DNA from: Chara braunii
Lineage: Eukaryota; Plantae; Charophyceae
Reading direction: 5' to 3'
NCBI GenBank assembly: GCA_003427395.1
Contig: BFEA01000041.1
Coordinates: 2,003,811-2,065,131 of the forward strand
DNA length: 61,321 nucleotides
Under the pieces are notes generated by a model. The model searched no databases and was not told where the DNA came from. It saw only the letters and a list, made by a program, of their open reading frames with translations. A program made the translations under genes and the position numbers. Shown here in pieces: positions 23,599 to 34,811 of the stretch. Every line of letters starts with the position of its first letter. Position 1 is the first letter of the stretch.

Positions 23599-24099
23599 CT
23601 TATTGTGCTGAGTCAGCGGTACCAGTCCCAGTCGTACCTAGTCCAGTCAGCAAGTACCATGAGGGACTGTGTGCACTAAGGGCCCGGTGGGATAGAGGCA
23701 GACCAGGGTCCTACAAAAGTATAAATCAAGATGCCGCGTCCAACCATTCATTCATTTGTTGCGTAAACCATGCGGAAGCGCTGCTACAGCGTCTTGTGCA
23801 CAGAGGTTTGCAGCAAGCCCGGAGGACGCAGTGGGCGAGAGGAAGGGGTGTAGTCATAGGATAGCAGTAGTGCAGTGTTCAGAGTTACGCGTGTGGGATA
23901 TACATGGTGATCCGGTGTATGCGAACAAAGAGTTGTTTGGGCGCTGAGTCGCCATTGCCAATTGGAAGTGAACTCGTATCTGGGTTGTGTTCCTGGCTAC
24001 CATATCTCTGAGAATTGAGTGGGTCATTCTGCCAATTTGCTGTGCTACTGTTTACATACATGAAAAATGTGAACGAGAACGAGTCTGATTGCAAAAAAA

Positions 24100-24136
<37 letters not shown>

Positions 24137-24150
24137 TAATAATAATAATA

Positions 24151-24195
<45 letters not shown>

Positions 24196-24234
24196 CTAAT
24201 CAATCTAAGAATGATAATCAAAAATAATAACAAA

Positions 24235-24557
24235 AAATGCAAGGAAAATGAGTGATAGCGTACTTTAGAAATCAAACAGCATCATGCATTTGAGACCAGA
24301 TAGTCTTGACCCCGAACCAACAGCAGAATTGCATCACGAGATTCACCAGATAAGAACACACGAAGAGTTAATAATTGACAATGCTGTAATAGTCCCATCA
24401 TCATCATCAACGAAGAACCAGAGTTGATGTCCTATCTGGCGCTCGGCGCTCAAGCAGATCCTTATCTAGCCTGTTGCCTACAATGTCGCGGATGACGTCA
24501 CCAGCTCCCTGAAGTACGAGCAGATCTTTGGACAACGCCGTCACCTGAAGCACCAAG
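24235..24557 (+). pseudogene. Degenerate exon-like repeat (homologs at 38423-38750, 39371-39505, 40838-41165 on minus)
   Basis: Alignable by eye (...GATGACGTCA..CTCCC.GAAGTAC.GCAGATCT...ACCAG|GTA), with each copy ending in a 5' splice site. Multiple stops. Confidence 0.55.
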
Positions 24558-25113
24558 TATGTCTCTCACATTACTCACAACCTTGTTCCCCAACTCTCAG
24601 ATACCACTTGCACCCAAGGACCACCATTCACCCATCTAGCATACAGCAGCGCAACTTGGAATTGGCGGCCTGCTCCTTCCAGCTCGCCATGGAGCTCGTC
24701 TATGTCTGTATGCCAATGTTTATCTGACCGTAGATTAGTCAGTTAGTCCATCTGTCTCTGCTTGTCCGTCTGTTCGTACCTGTCCGTGTCTGTTCTGCTA
24801 GTTTGACGCTATCTATTTGGCTGCCTATACCCGGTTTCTCGTTTAGAGGCTTGGAGCCGTATGTCTGCCAGCCCACTCGCTTCTGTTTGTGACTGCCTGT
24901 GTCAGTCTTTATTGTATCTGTCTGTAGCCGCCTGTTTTGTCTGGCTATAACTGTCTGTCAGACCGCCTGTGTCGGCCTTTTGTGACGGTCTGTGTCTCAC
25001 GCGCACACAGCCACGCGTGTGGTAGTGTATATTTCCATGTTCTAGCAGCGGATGCATTCGACTCCTACTTCTCTTATCGATGGAAGTATCATGAGCCGGC
25101 CGCATGACTCACA

Positions 25114-25162
<49 letters not shown>

Positions 25163-25306
25163 TCCATCGATAGGATGAGCAAAAAAAGGGAATAATCTTC
25201 TGCTGAAATGTGGAAATATACACTGTCACTTTTTGATTTGCTCATTCTATCGATCCAAGTAGTGTGCGGCGAGGAGACTTAGCTGTTGGCCAAGGTTGGA
25301 GACTTA

Positions 25307-25307
<1 letters not shown>

Positions 25308-25397
<90 letters not shown>

Positions 25398-25398
25398 N

Positions 25399-25476
<78 letters not shown>

Positions 25477-25492
25477 CACACACACACACACA
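25308..25492. repeat. (CT)n/(CA)n microsatellite; similar tracts at 14895, 22977, 24100, 38860, 41609, 49443, 50106, 57873
   Basis: Simple repeats are visible directly. Confidence 0.95.
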
Positions 25493-25997
25493 TATTTAGT
25501 AGTGAATCTTTCAACATTCTAGCGAAAGATTCGATCGATTTTGTTCACCCTCTTTCGATGGGAGTTGCGCGAACCCAGCCCGCAACCTTGGATTGATCAG
25601 AACACTCACACACACACACACACATAGTAGTACACTCAACACACACACACAGATGCACTAACACACGTACACCTACATGCGGCAATGTATACTTCCACAT
25701 TTTAATGGAAGATTCATTTGATTTTATTTATTTATTTATTTTATTTTATTTATTTATTTATTTATTTATCTTATTTTATTTATCCTTTCGATACCTCGAG
25801 GTAAGCTACCCGATCGACGATTTACTTGTTCCCTCTCTTCCAACGTTGCTGCCGTCACCGTCGCCTTCCGAGCCGCCCTCGTCGGTCGCCAGGTAAGTAT
25901 TCGTTCCCCTCCTCCTTCTTTCCTTTCTCCTTCTACTCCTTCTTCTTCTTCTTTGTCTCCTTCTCCTTCTCCTTCTTCTTCCTCTTCTCCTTCACTT

Positions 25998-26222
25998 TCT
26001 TCCTCTAAATGATAAGTTCCACGAACCTTTTCACAGCATTCCCAGCGTCAACCCGCCAAGATCACCGCTATCCTGACGCTTCATCGGACCATTCAATCGG
26101 TAGGAGCGATGGGCGGTGTGTACAAAGGGTAGGGACGTAATCAGCGCGAGCTGATGACTCGCGTTTACTTGTCATTCCTCGTTCAAGATCGATAATTACA
26201 ACAGTCACGGTCTACCCCCGTC
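25998..26222 (-). pseudogene. 18S rRNA 3'-region fragment inside LTR C
   Basis: Minus strand contains GAGTCATCAGCTCGCGCTGATTACGTCCCTACCCTTTGTACACACCGCCCATCGCTCCTACCGATTGAATGGTCCG and CTTATCATTTAGAGGAAG, both universal SSU rRNA motifs. Confidence 0.92.
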
Positions 26223-26716
26223 GCTACGAACCCCCTTCCCTTCTCCCTCTTCTTCTTCTTCTTCTTCTTCTTCTTCTTCTTCTTCTTCTTCGTCTTCGTC
26301 TTCTTCTTCTTCTTCTTCTTCTTCTTCACCATCACCGCGAGATCGTATACGTCCTGCGCTTCCATATTCTCATTGCGCATGTTCCTCCCAACCTCCGTGC
26401 GTCCATCTCCTTCGCGAGAGTCTCCCTCCCGCTCAACTTCGTGGTGCTCAAGTCTCCTCGCATCGCTCGCTCGCTGATTGCTTCCTGCGTGCGGTGCCCG
26501 ATCTTCTCTGCGCCGTAGGTAGGCCCAACATACTCGGGATCGCGTCAAGGCCTTGCCACAATCGGGAAGTCCCCATTTCGTTTTCACTGAATCTGCCATG
26601 GTTGCATAGGCAGATTCACTTAAGTGAATCTATTGAGAGTGGACACAGGATCAGAAAGAAAATAAGGAATAGTAACTAATAGAAACGACTCTAATCTCGA
26701 ATGAATAAATAAATAA

Positions 26717-26750
<34 letters not shown>

Positions 26751-28303
26751 TAAAAATAAAAAATCCAACTACGAACTACTTACACAGGCCAATTGTCGGG
26801 CCCCTGCTACTCGGCTCCCTCTGGCACGTTTCGATCTTGGACAGCGACGGGGACTTCGGGGAAATCCCGGGAATGAATCTGCCCGGAATCTCTCGGCAGA
26901 TTCATCGAAAAAACTGTAGGCCTTAGATACGGGAACGGTGAAAAGAAATAAGAAAACAAGAATTAGAAAAATAAGAAATAAGAAAATTAAGAACGAAGAA
27001 ATAAATAAATAAAAGAAAAAGCAAAATCTAACAGCCTAACTTCCCTCACCTGCCGGGCAGACCAACTAATTAGCTAACATCCTCTAATCCCAACCCTGAG
27101 GTCACGGGTTCGAGTACCACCTACCGGATGTGTCTTGAAAAAGCGGCTCTCGAAGGGCTGGCCTCGGGCAAAAAGGAGCTAGCCCCGAGGCAAGGTGGAT
27201 TCGTTCCCTAAATCTATCAGTCAATAATCTCCACCCGAACCTATTGCGCTAGCTCCTACTTCGAGTTCAAAAGGAGCAGTCCAGGTATAAGAATAAAAGC
27301 GGGGCTTGGTCCGCCTAGTGACCGAGCCCAATTCTAAGTTTGTATGCGTGCACGCTTTCCGGCCGGCATGCCTGCCTAAGTGCTTGTCGGCTCGAGCGCG
27401 TGTGTGTGTGACCTGCAAGGCCACTTGGTTGGTAGACGGCCCGACGGACCGGTACTCACCCGCGGTCGTGGTATTAAGGGTTACGGTGGGGAGATGGTGG
27501 GGAAAGACGCTTGCGGCACTAAAGAGCCGCCTAAAACACTCAAGTAACAGGTGGCCGATATTACCCAAATAGTGGTAGATGTATGGGGAACCGGTCGCCG
27601 AGCAGAAAAAGACAAAAGTTAGCACTTTTTAGAGGCCCGGTAGCGGTAGGTAGGCAGATACCAGTCTAAGTAGTCTGAGTCTAATGCCTGTACGAACGAT
27701 ATCAAGATCCGTAATGATGTTTCCCTCCTAAAGGGAGGAGACACCGGTTTGCTCGCGTGGTCGAGCGACTATAAAGTTTTCCGCCCAGGAGGGATGCGTC
27801 CCACTTCAAATGGGAGGTTGAGATAGGGTCTTACCCTCGCTTGCGGTATACGAGTAAGGACGGAAGATACCCCGTCGAGCATGTGCTAGCAATCAAGGTG
27901 CTACGGCAAGCCGATGATCACACCGTTCTAATTGCTCCAGCCGTACGGTCGGGGCGTATATTAATTTATTATGACTAATGTACTGACGATTAAGTCTCTG
28001 TGCGTGTCATAGATCTTACCGACACAATATTAACCCAACTGACCCTTCGACCTCTTTTGTCGACGGGTATTACTATTGATCATAATCATCACGGCTCGCG
28101 TCATAATAACGCGCACTCATACTCTCGAAATTTCCTCGCCGATTCGCCTCGGCCTCATTGGCCGAGGAATTCGGTTCGAACATCACGCTCAGGCGTGCAC
28201 ACCCTTTCCATTCTCGACTGGCTCCATCATGGTAGCCGATACCGTCACCATGTCGAATGCAAAAACATGGCCAAATACCCTTGTAAGGGTATTTGGTCTG
28301 ACA

Positions 28304-28533
28304 ACGCTCACCGAAGGAAGGTGACAACTCTTGTTAGGTGGACGTAAGTCGGGCCTCGCGTAAGCTCTATCCTGTCGTAGGGGCTCGCGAGAGGTATGGC
28401 TGGCGCACTCGGCTGGAGCGGCTTGCGGAAGCTCCATGTATATTCGCGATAAAGGATTTAAACCAACTTCTGCGTGACAAAGACGGGAGGGTCTCGCGCT
28501 GCCCTGTGCGGTGCCGGACCGATGCGCTCGACA
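28304..28533 (+). repeat. LTR D: 3' end of another family LTR, inserted in pol of element B
   Basis: Homologous to the reverse complement of 7649-7845 and ends GATGCGCTCGACA. It is followed by pol coding sequence, not a PBS. Confidence 0.8.
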
Positions 28534-30670
28534 TTGTGCTGGGGGTTCCGGACTATGAAGCCGTTATAGAGCGACCCTTCATCATAAGAACTGATGTCGG
28601 ACCCACTGCCTTGGGAGGAGTTTTGATACAGGCAGATATTGAAGGGAAGGAAAAACCTTTGCGTTTTGAAAGTCGAACCCTCAATACTATCGAACAAAAC
28701 TACTCTCAATTAAAAAAGGAGGCCTTGGCAGTACTACACTGCCTACTTGTTTTTAGACACTACCTCTACGAGAGAAGATTTGTCCTTAGGATAGATTTAA
28801 CTGCCCTTATGTATTCCCTCAATAATTTTTCACCCACGGATCCTACAATCACCAGATGGCTCACATACATCTGGATGTTCGATTTTCTGTTGGAGCATAT
28901 CCCAGGGAAATAGAATAGGGTTGATTGGTTAAGCGGGATAGAATGGGAAAAGCCTGGAGATGCCAAGGAAGAAACGTCACCAGTAGATGGGTTCATGAAC
29001 GAAGACGATATGCAACTCCATGTTAACTCATGGGAGCTAAGTGTCAATGATAAGGAAGCAAGGAAAGAAAAACCTATGTTTTTTGCGCCAACAACTTTTG
29101 TAAAGATCGAAGGGTTGGTGTTGAAACCTTTCGTTGAAGACGATCCATGGGGAGAAAGGAATGGAGAATCGATGGCGGAGCTGGCTTTAGCAGAAAGCTA
29201 CAGGTTGACAGATGATCCAGTTACAATTGAGGCAGGTAAAAGGCAAGTGGATCAACACTTATTGACGATGGGGAGAGTACATTACCTTGGAAACTCTCTC
29301 CTGCAAGTCCAGACTGAAAATGAAGGAAAGATAGTAAAGGCGGATGAGATAGTGTTGGGCGACGACCCTGAGTTTAATGAAGAGATGGAAGGAGAAGAAT
29401 TTGAGCAGGGTGAGATCTCGGATGATTTCCGGGAAGAAGGATAGGATGGGTTTCATCTAGAAATGAGACTTCTTCTCTCCGGCGACAAACGAGAAAGGGA
29501 AGTTAGTGAAAAGACTTTTCGCATGAGAGACCACTACGCAGTAAGGGGAGGTCATCTTTTCATTAGGGATAAAAGGGGTCTCCTAGGAGGGTCATTTGTG
29601 GCAGAAATCGGCAAATTGACGTCATAGCAGCCCTCCATGATGGACCCGTAGGTGGTCACATGAGTTTTGTCACTACTATCAAAAAAATGACCGAACTGTA
29701 CTTTTAGGATGGTATGTACGAGATGATTTGAAAGTACTGTGAATCGTGCATACCTTGCCAGGTTAGATCTCCGATCAGATATAAGGAGCCCCTACACCCA
29801 AGTTATATCAAAGGTGTCGAAGCGGTGATCCACTTGGATCTTCTAGCAATGCCGCTGGAACTTGAAGGATCTAATTATATTTTTGATCCTAGAGATAACC
29901 TTACGGGGTTTGTTGATGGGAAAGTTCCGAACCAAGACTGGGGCAGTCTTGGCAAATTGCATCAAAGAATATTACCTTCGATATTCCTTCATAATAGAGT
30001 TTACAATGAGCAGAGGGTCGGAATTCACGTGTAGAGAAGTGAAGGAATTATTGAATTATCTTGGGGTAATCGCAAAATATATAACCAGGGCACATCCTCA
30101 GGCCAACGCACCAGTGGAGAGAGGACACAACACCATCACGAATTTACTGACCAAATGGACAGCTGGGAAGCCGAATCTCTGACCAAAATTCCTGCGAACT
30201 GTATTCTTCGTTGAAAACGTCACGGACAGGAGAACCACAAGTTACGCATGTCCAACGTTGTGGTATGGAAGACATGTCACATTTCCGATAGAAAGCTTCC
30301 TGAAAACCTGGAGGAGACAGGATCTTGAAAATAATCAGTCACTTGAAGAACTACTTGACATCAAAGCAAGACAATTCAGTGTTACGGAAGAAAGGATTCA
30401 AGAAGCAGTCGGGAAGGTGACTAACAGTCGGGATGAGACTGACTTCCTCGTGTAAGAAGCAAACCATTGGCAACCGGGGACGAGGTAGTATTATACGATT
30501 CATACCTGGAGAAGCAATGGTCGAGGAAGTTGGACAAGAGATGGTAGGGACCCTACAGAGTCAGGCGTCAGGGAAGTCACAGGGCCTATGAGCTAGAAGA
30601 AGTGAATGGAACACCAAGACGAGACTAGGTTTCTGGGTCCAGGCTGAAGAAATTTCGAATGAGACAGGAG
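28534..30670 (+). pseudogene. pol: Element B pol remnant: RNase H and integrase
   Basis: PDYEAVIERPFIIRTDVGPTALGGVLIQ...NYSQLKKEALAV...RWLTYIWMFDF (RNase H); HDGPVGGH...CESCIPC, HLDLL, HPQANAPVERGH (integrase). Many stops and frameshifts. Confidence 0.92.
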
Positions 30671-30840
30671 GTGAGTAAGAACTTGAAGCTAGGATAAAAC
30701 AACTTGATCCTCTTAAAACACCTTGTACTAGCATCATTACGAATCTGACATTGTTACCTAACTGCTTACACTTCTTTGCTTCTGTCATCCTCTTTTTCCT
30801 TTTCTCTGTGTGCAGGCATAATCCTGTGAGAGGAGCAGCA

Positions 30841-32989
30841 ATGACACAGAAGGGAGGTATGGCGGGGACTTTCAGGCCAACTCCTAGCAGGGAAGGACGG
30901 CAAAGGTTGCAGCGGGTGACAAATGATTCTTATGAAATGCCAGTTTACAAGAAAGGAGATAATTTGAGGATGTTCCTGAGGGAGTTAAAGGAGTATGCAT
31001 TCAGGAGGGAATGAGATGCTCAAATCATGTTACTTAAAGTGACCGGATTGGGAGAATAACGAAAGGAGATGGACGAGATTGCCTCGGATTGTCTGTGGTG
31101 GATTACTTTTAAAGTCGAAATGTGGGCTAAGTATGGGGATTTGAAAAGGGATGAGATCGATGATTTCAGGTACGAATTTGGAGGACTTTGAGGATATTAT
31201 CGATCTTTGTGCAGAGAAAAGGAGGGGGGGAGAAGAAGAGAAGTTGGAACAGGTGATGAAGAGGGTAATACCAAAGGAATATGAAGCAGTGAAAGAGATC
31301 AAGAAAGGGTCAAACACCTGGGGAGGATTCCTTGTTAAGTTGAGGAAGGTTTATCCCCTGGATGTACACCAACAGAAGAAAAAACGGTTGTTTTTCAGGA
31401 ATTGGGACTATGGATAAGAAAGAGAGGATAAATGATGGATAGAAGAATCCGACAGAAGAACAAAAAACACGACATGTCTCCCCAGCAAGGAGATGATGAG
31501 GCAAGGAGGAGGACACTGGATGACAGTGGCTTAGTGAAGGAGGCTAAAATGCAAAGAAAAAGAAAGTGCGTCGAAAAAGAGATGGAGAAAAGTGACACAT
31601 CTCCAAAAGAAAAGAAGGGAAGTGAGAGAATGAAAGGAGGGAAAGAAAAAGAAAAAGGCAAGGAGAAAGCAAGTGAGGCAGGACCATCAGAAGATGTTAA
31701 AGCAACTGCCTCAAAAGAACCTCCTAAGGAACAAGGATCAAGAAGGTTGACTGAGAAGGAGAGGCAGAAAATGGAGGAAACAACAAAGAATGAAGAAATC
31801 ACGTTGTTGCCTTGTTAAGAGAAAATGAGTAGCCTTTGGACGTGCCCTGGAGCCTGAAGCTGAAAAAAATACTGCTCTCTGAAATTGTGGTCAACTCCAA
31901 ACTGACCTCTGATGTGAACAGATTGATCCGACTACATGAGATTCTCAGCGAGGATTGTGAATGGCTCCTTGAAGGAGAAGCGAATGTGGCCGATAAGTTG
32001 GAAAAGGTGGAAGGAGGAAGGAAGGAAAAGAAAAGGGATTGAAAATCCCTATACAAAAACTCCAAGACAGGATAAAAGAAAATATGGAGTTGCTCACGTA
32101 AGGGGCGGCAAGCCACGTCCCTGAAATTCTGAAAGAGATTCAGAGATTAAGGACGAGGGAAGACAAAAGGAAAATGCAATGGACAAGGATGAAAAGGGAA
32201 GTGAAAAGTTTAAAAGATGAGGTAGGGAAGGCAAAAATTGAACAAGTAAAATTGGAGTTAAAGGTAAAGGCACTAAGCATTGCTCTTAACAACAAGAGCA
32301 AGGAGATGGAGACGGAGAAAATGGAAAGAGAAAGGTTGGAAAAAGACGTTGGCAAATTAGAGGTAAGACTCAGTGAACATGGTAAGACAATTGAGTCTGA
32401 AAATAATGAAAGGAAACGAGAGAATGAGAAATTGGAAAAGAGATGGGAAGAGATGAAAGAGGCACTGAAAAAATCCAAAGTGAATATCCAGGCAAGGGAC
32501 GAAACGGGAGACATTGGGGAGGTTGAGGACGAAGAGAAAAATCCAAGAAAGGAAAAATGATTGGTTAGACTTGACGCTAGAAAAGATGAAGAGTCAGTTG
32601 TTAGAGTCCTTACCCTGTCTAGTGGAAATGCTGAAGAAATAGGAGAATCCCCGCTGACAAGGAACGAGGAAGAAAAGAGTAGGAAAAAATAATGTCTTGA
32701 AATGTTAACTTCAAAGGAAGAAGAGGGAGAAATCGGGACGACATCTCATAACCTTCCACCACCTGCAAAAATGACAAAGGAGGAGGATAGGAAATTGTGT
32801 TAGTATTGTATGAATGGGATCCACAAGAAGGGTGAGTGTCCTGGATTTAAGATAGATAAGACTAAGGGATTAGTTGACCTTGATGAGAACAACAGACTCA
32901 TCGATGAAAGAGGGAACTTGATTAAGAGAACCAAGGAAGGGTTCGAAATCCAATTATATGAACAGTTCGGGCTCACCTTAGAAGATTAA
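30841..32989 (+). pseudogene. Gag-like ORF downstream of pol in element B (capsid-like, coiled coil, CCHC knuckle)
   Basis: PVYKKGDNLRMFLRELKEYA and GTNLEDF...TWGGFLVKLRKVY are capsid-like segments. An E/K coiled coil lies at 32174-32560 and C*YCMNGIHKKGEC at 32798-32839. Preceded by GAG|GTGAGT...TGTGCAG|. Confidence 0.7.
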
Positions 32990-34267
32990 GGTAAAACATT
33001 CTCGAGATTTCTCTTAAGCAGTTGAGATAGGATGCTTAAATTGTTCGTTTCTCCAGATAAGGCATTGTATATTAGATTGAGGGTAGAGAGAAAAGTATGG
33101 TGAGTATGTTATTCACTCTTCTTAGATATAACATTTGGGTAGGGTGTTTTGATCAGTCATAGAGAGTGTGCTCCATTATTCTTGTTTATTCGGCTTATAA
33201 GATTTTGTTGGGTCCCTCGTATTTTTTGACTCAGCATTTGTACTCTAGTAGTAGAGGATAGGTGAGACGAGTGACTCATTTTGACCATGAGGCTCCATGC
33301 TTCAGTTGAGTGTTGAGTTATTTTGGTTTTATATTTGTATACAGCTAAGTTTTTTTTTTACTAAGTTCATCTATGAGGTATACCTATGGTGAATGGGCAC
33401 TTTCACTTTCACAATTGAGGTGATCCGGTGTCTGGTTTCGATTGATGTATCTTGGATATGTATGTCAACTATGCTATCAAGTCTTGAACTAGGATGCTCA
33501 GAAAAACGCCTAAGTGTTCGAGAATAATAAGATGAAATGTGACTTGTACAGTCTGAAAATACCTTGCTTTGTTCTCAGTTTTTCCATATTTTGTCCTATA
33601 TGATTATTTTTTAAAAAGATCATAAAAAAGGAATGTGAAAAGGTCGAAATTTTTGATACGTCTGAGAAACCCTATGAGTCAAGGGAATGTATGTTATGAA
33701 TAAAATTGATGTTTTTTTTCTGCCTTCTGACAAGACAAAGAGTCAAACAAATATTTTTCATATTTTTTTTTATGAATATTTTGGTTGGTTTTCCTGTTGG
33801 CAAAAGATCCCCGAGACGTGTGTCTGTCCAGCTTGAGATCGAGGTATGGGAGGCACGGCCCCTAAGTGGTTGTGACGATGCCCCTTGATCAGTAAAAATA
33901 TGACAATCATGTTAAATCATTCTTATTTATGATTTTTTTTTTTTCCATATATACATTCGACAACTGATGAGGGGAGAAAAAAATTCTGGTCAAATTGATT
34001 TTCATATGTATATTTTTAAATGATCATCACTCATCCACTTTAGGAGGTCAATCTGAGGGACTTAAAACTACCAAGCCTATGGTGGAAAATTGACATCGTT
34101 GGGACGTAACTCCCAGCGTGGGCTGATGACCAAGTACAACTAGGCAGCGGGCCTTCCGATTACGGACTGGAGCTGAGACCTGAAGGGAGTCTCCTTGATG
34201 ATGGGATTGGTTCAGGTAGATATCGGAGGGATCAAGAGTCATGTCTAGATATTTTGATAGGAGAACT

Positions 34268-34365
34268 TTTATCCCGTATTGCGTAACCAATACAGGTACC
34301 ACCGTTAGAATAACAAAACGGTGGGCCGCAGATCCGCCCTGATCAACCGACTATGGTGGGTTGAG
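34268..34365 (+). ncRNA. Conserved multi-stem RNA element in 3' UTR of element B
   Basis: Homolog of 2236-2330, at a similar distance (~450 nt) from the 3' LTR. Confidence 0.6.
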
Positions 34366-34811
34366 ACCAAGGTCGTCGATCCCCTCGCATTAGACTTCGG
34401 GTGGGACGGTAAAACCTGACTAAGGTTAAGGCCCGCGTCCAAAAGGTGGGATTCAATCCTGATTCCTAACTCCTCGGACACCCAACGAGATCCTGACAAA
34501 TAAAGTCTAAAGTTGTGAAGAGGGGTTATCATTGTTTTCCATGGTGACCTCCGTTACTTTAGTACGGATCCAGTATCCTCACTTGGAGTCATATGGAACG
34601 AACTTTTATTTGGTATTACAACTTTTTGGATAAGTGGGAGACCTAGGTTAAAATTCTGGCAGTATGGACGCACCAAGAGGGGCAGTGAGGGTCTTCAAAC
34701 CGCAACTCCGTGCAGGAAATCGGATTTTGACAACTTGTCGCGTCAGAAGATCTTTGTTTGCATTTAGATTCCCTAGCGACGAGGACGTCTCTCAATGGGT
34801 TCTGGGAAGAC

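Larger units (their letters stand above)
23599..28303 (-). mobile_element. LTR C: giant LTR of the A/B family, interrupted by the chromovirus; leftward extent uncertain
   Basis: Starts TGTCAGACC plus the family terminal hairpin at 28303. 27221-27685 is an inverted homolog of 35490-35885 (LTR B), and further shared blocks lie at 24235-25600. Confidence 0.6.

Noticed and set aside
25242-25596. Poly-ER/LS ORFs (also 22676, 49957-50281, 54316-54818)
   Set aside because: Artefacts of microsatellites and N gaps.
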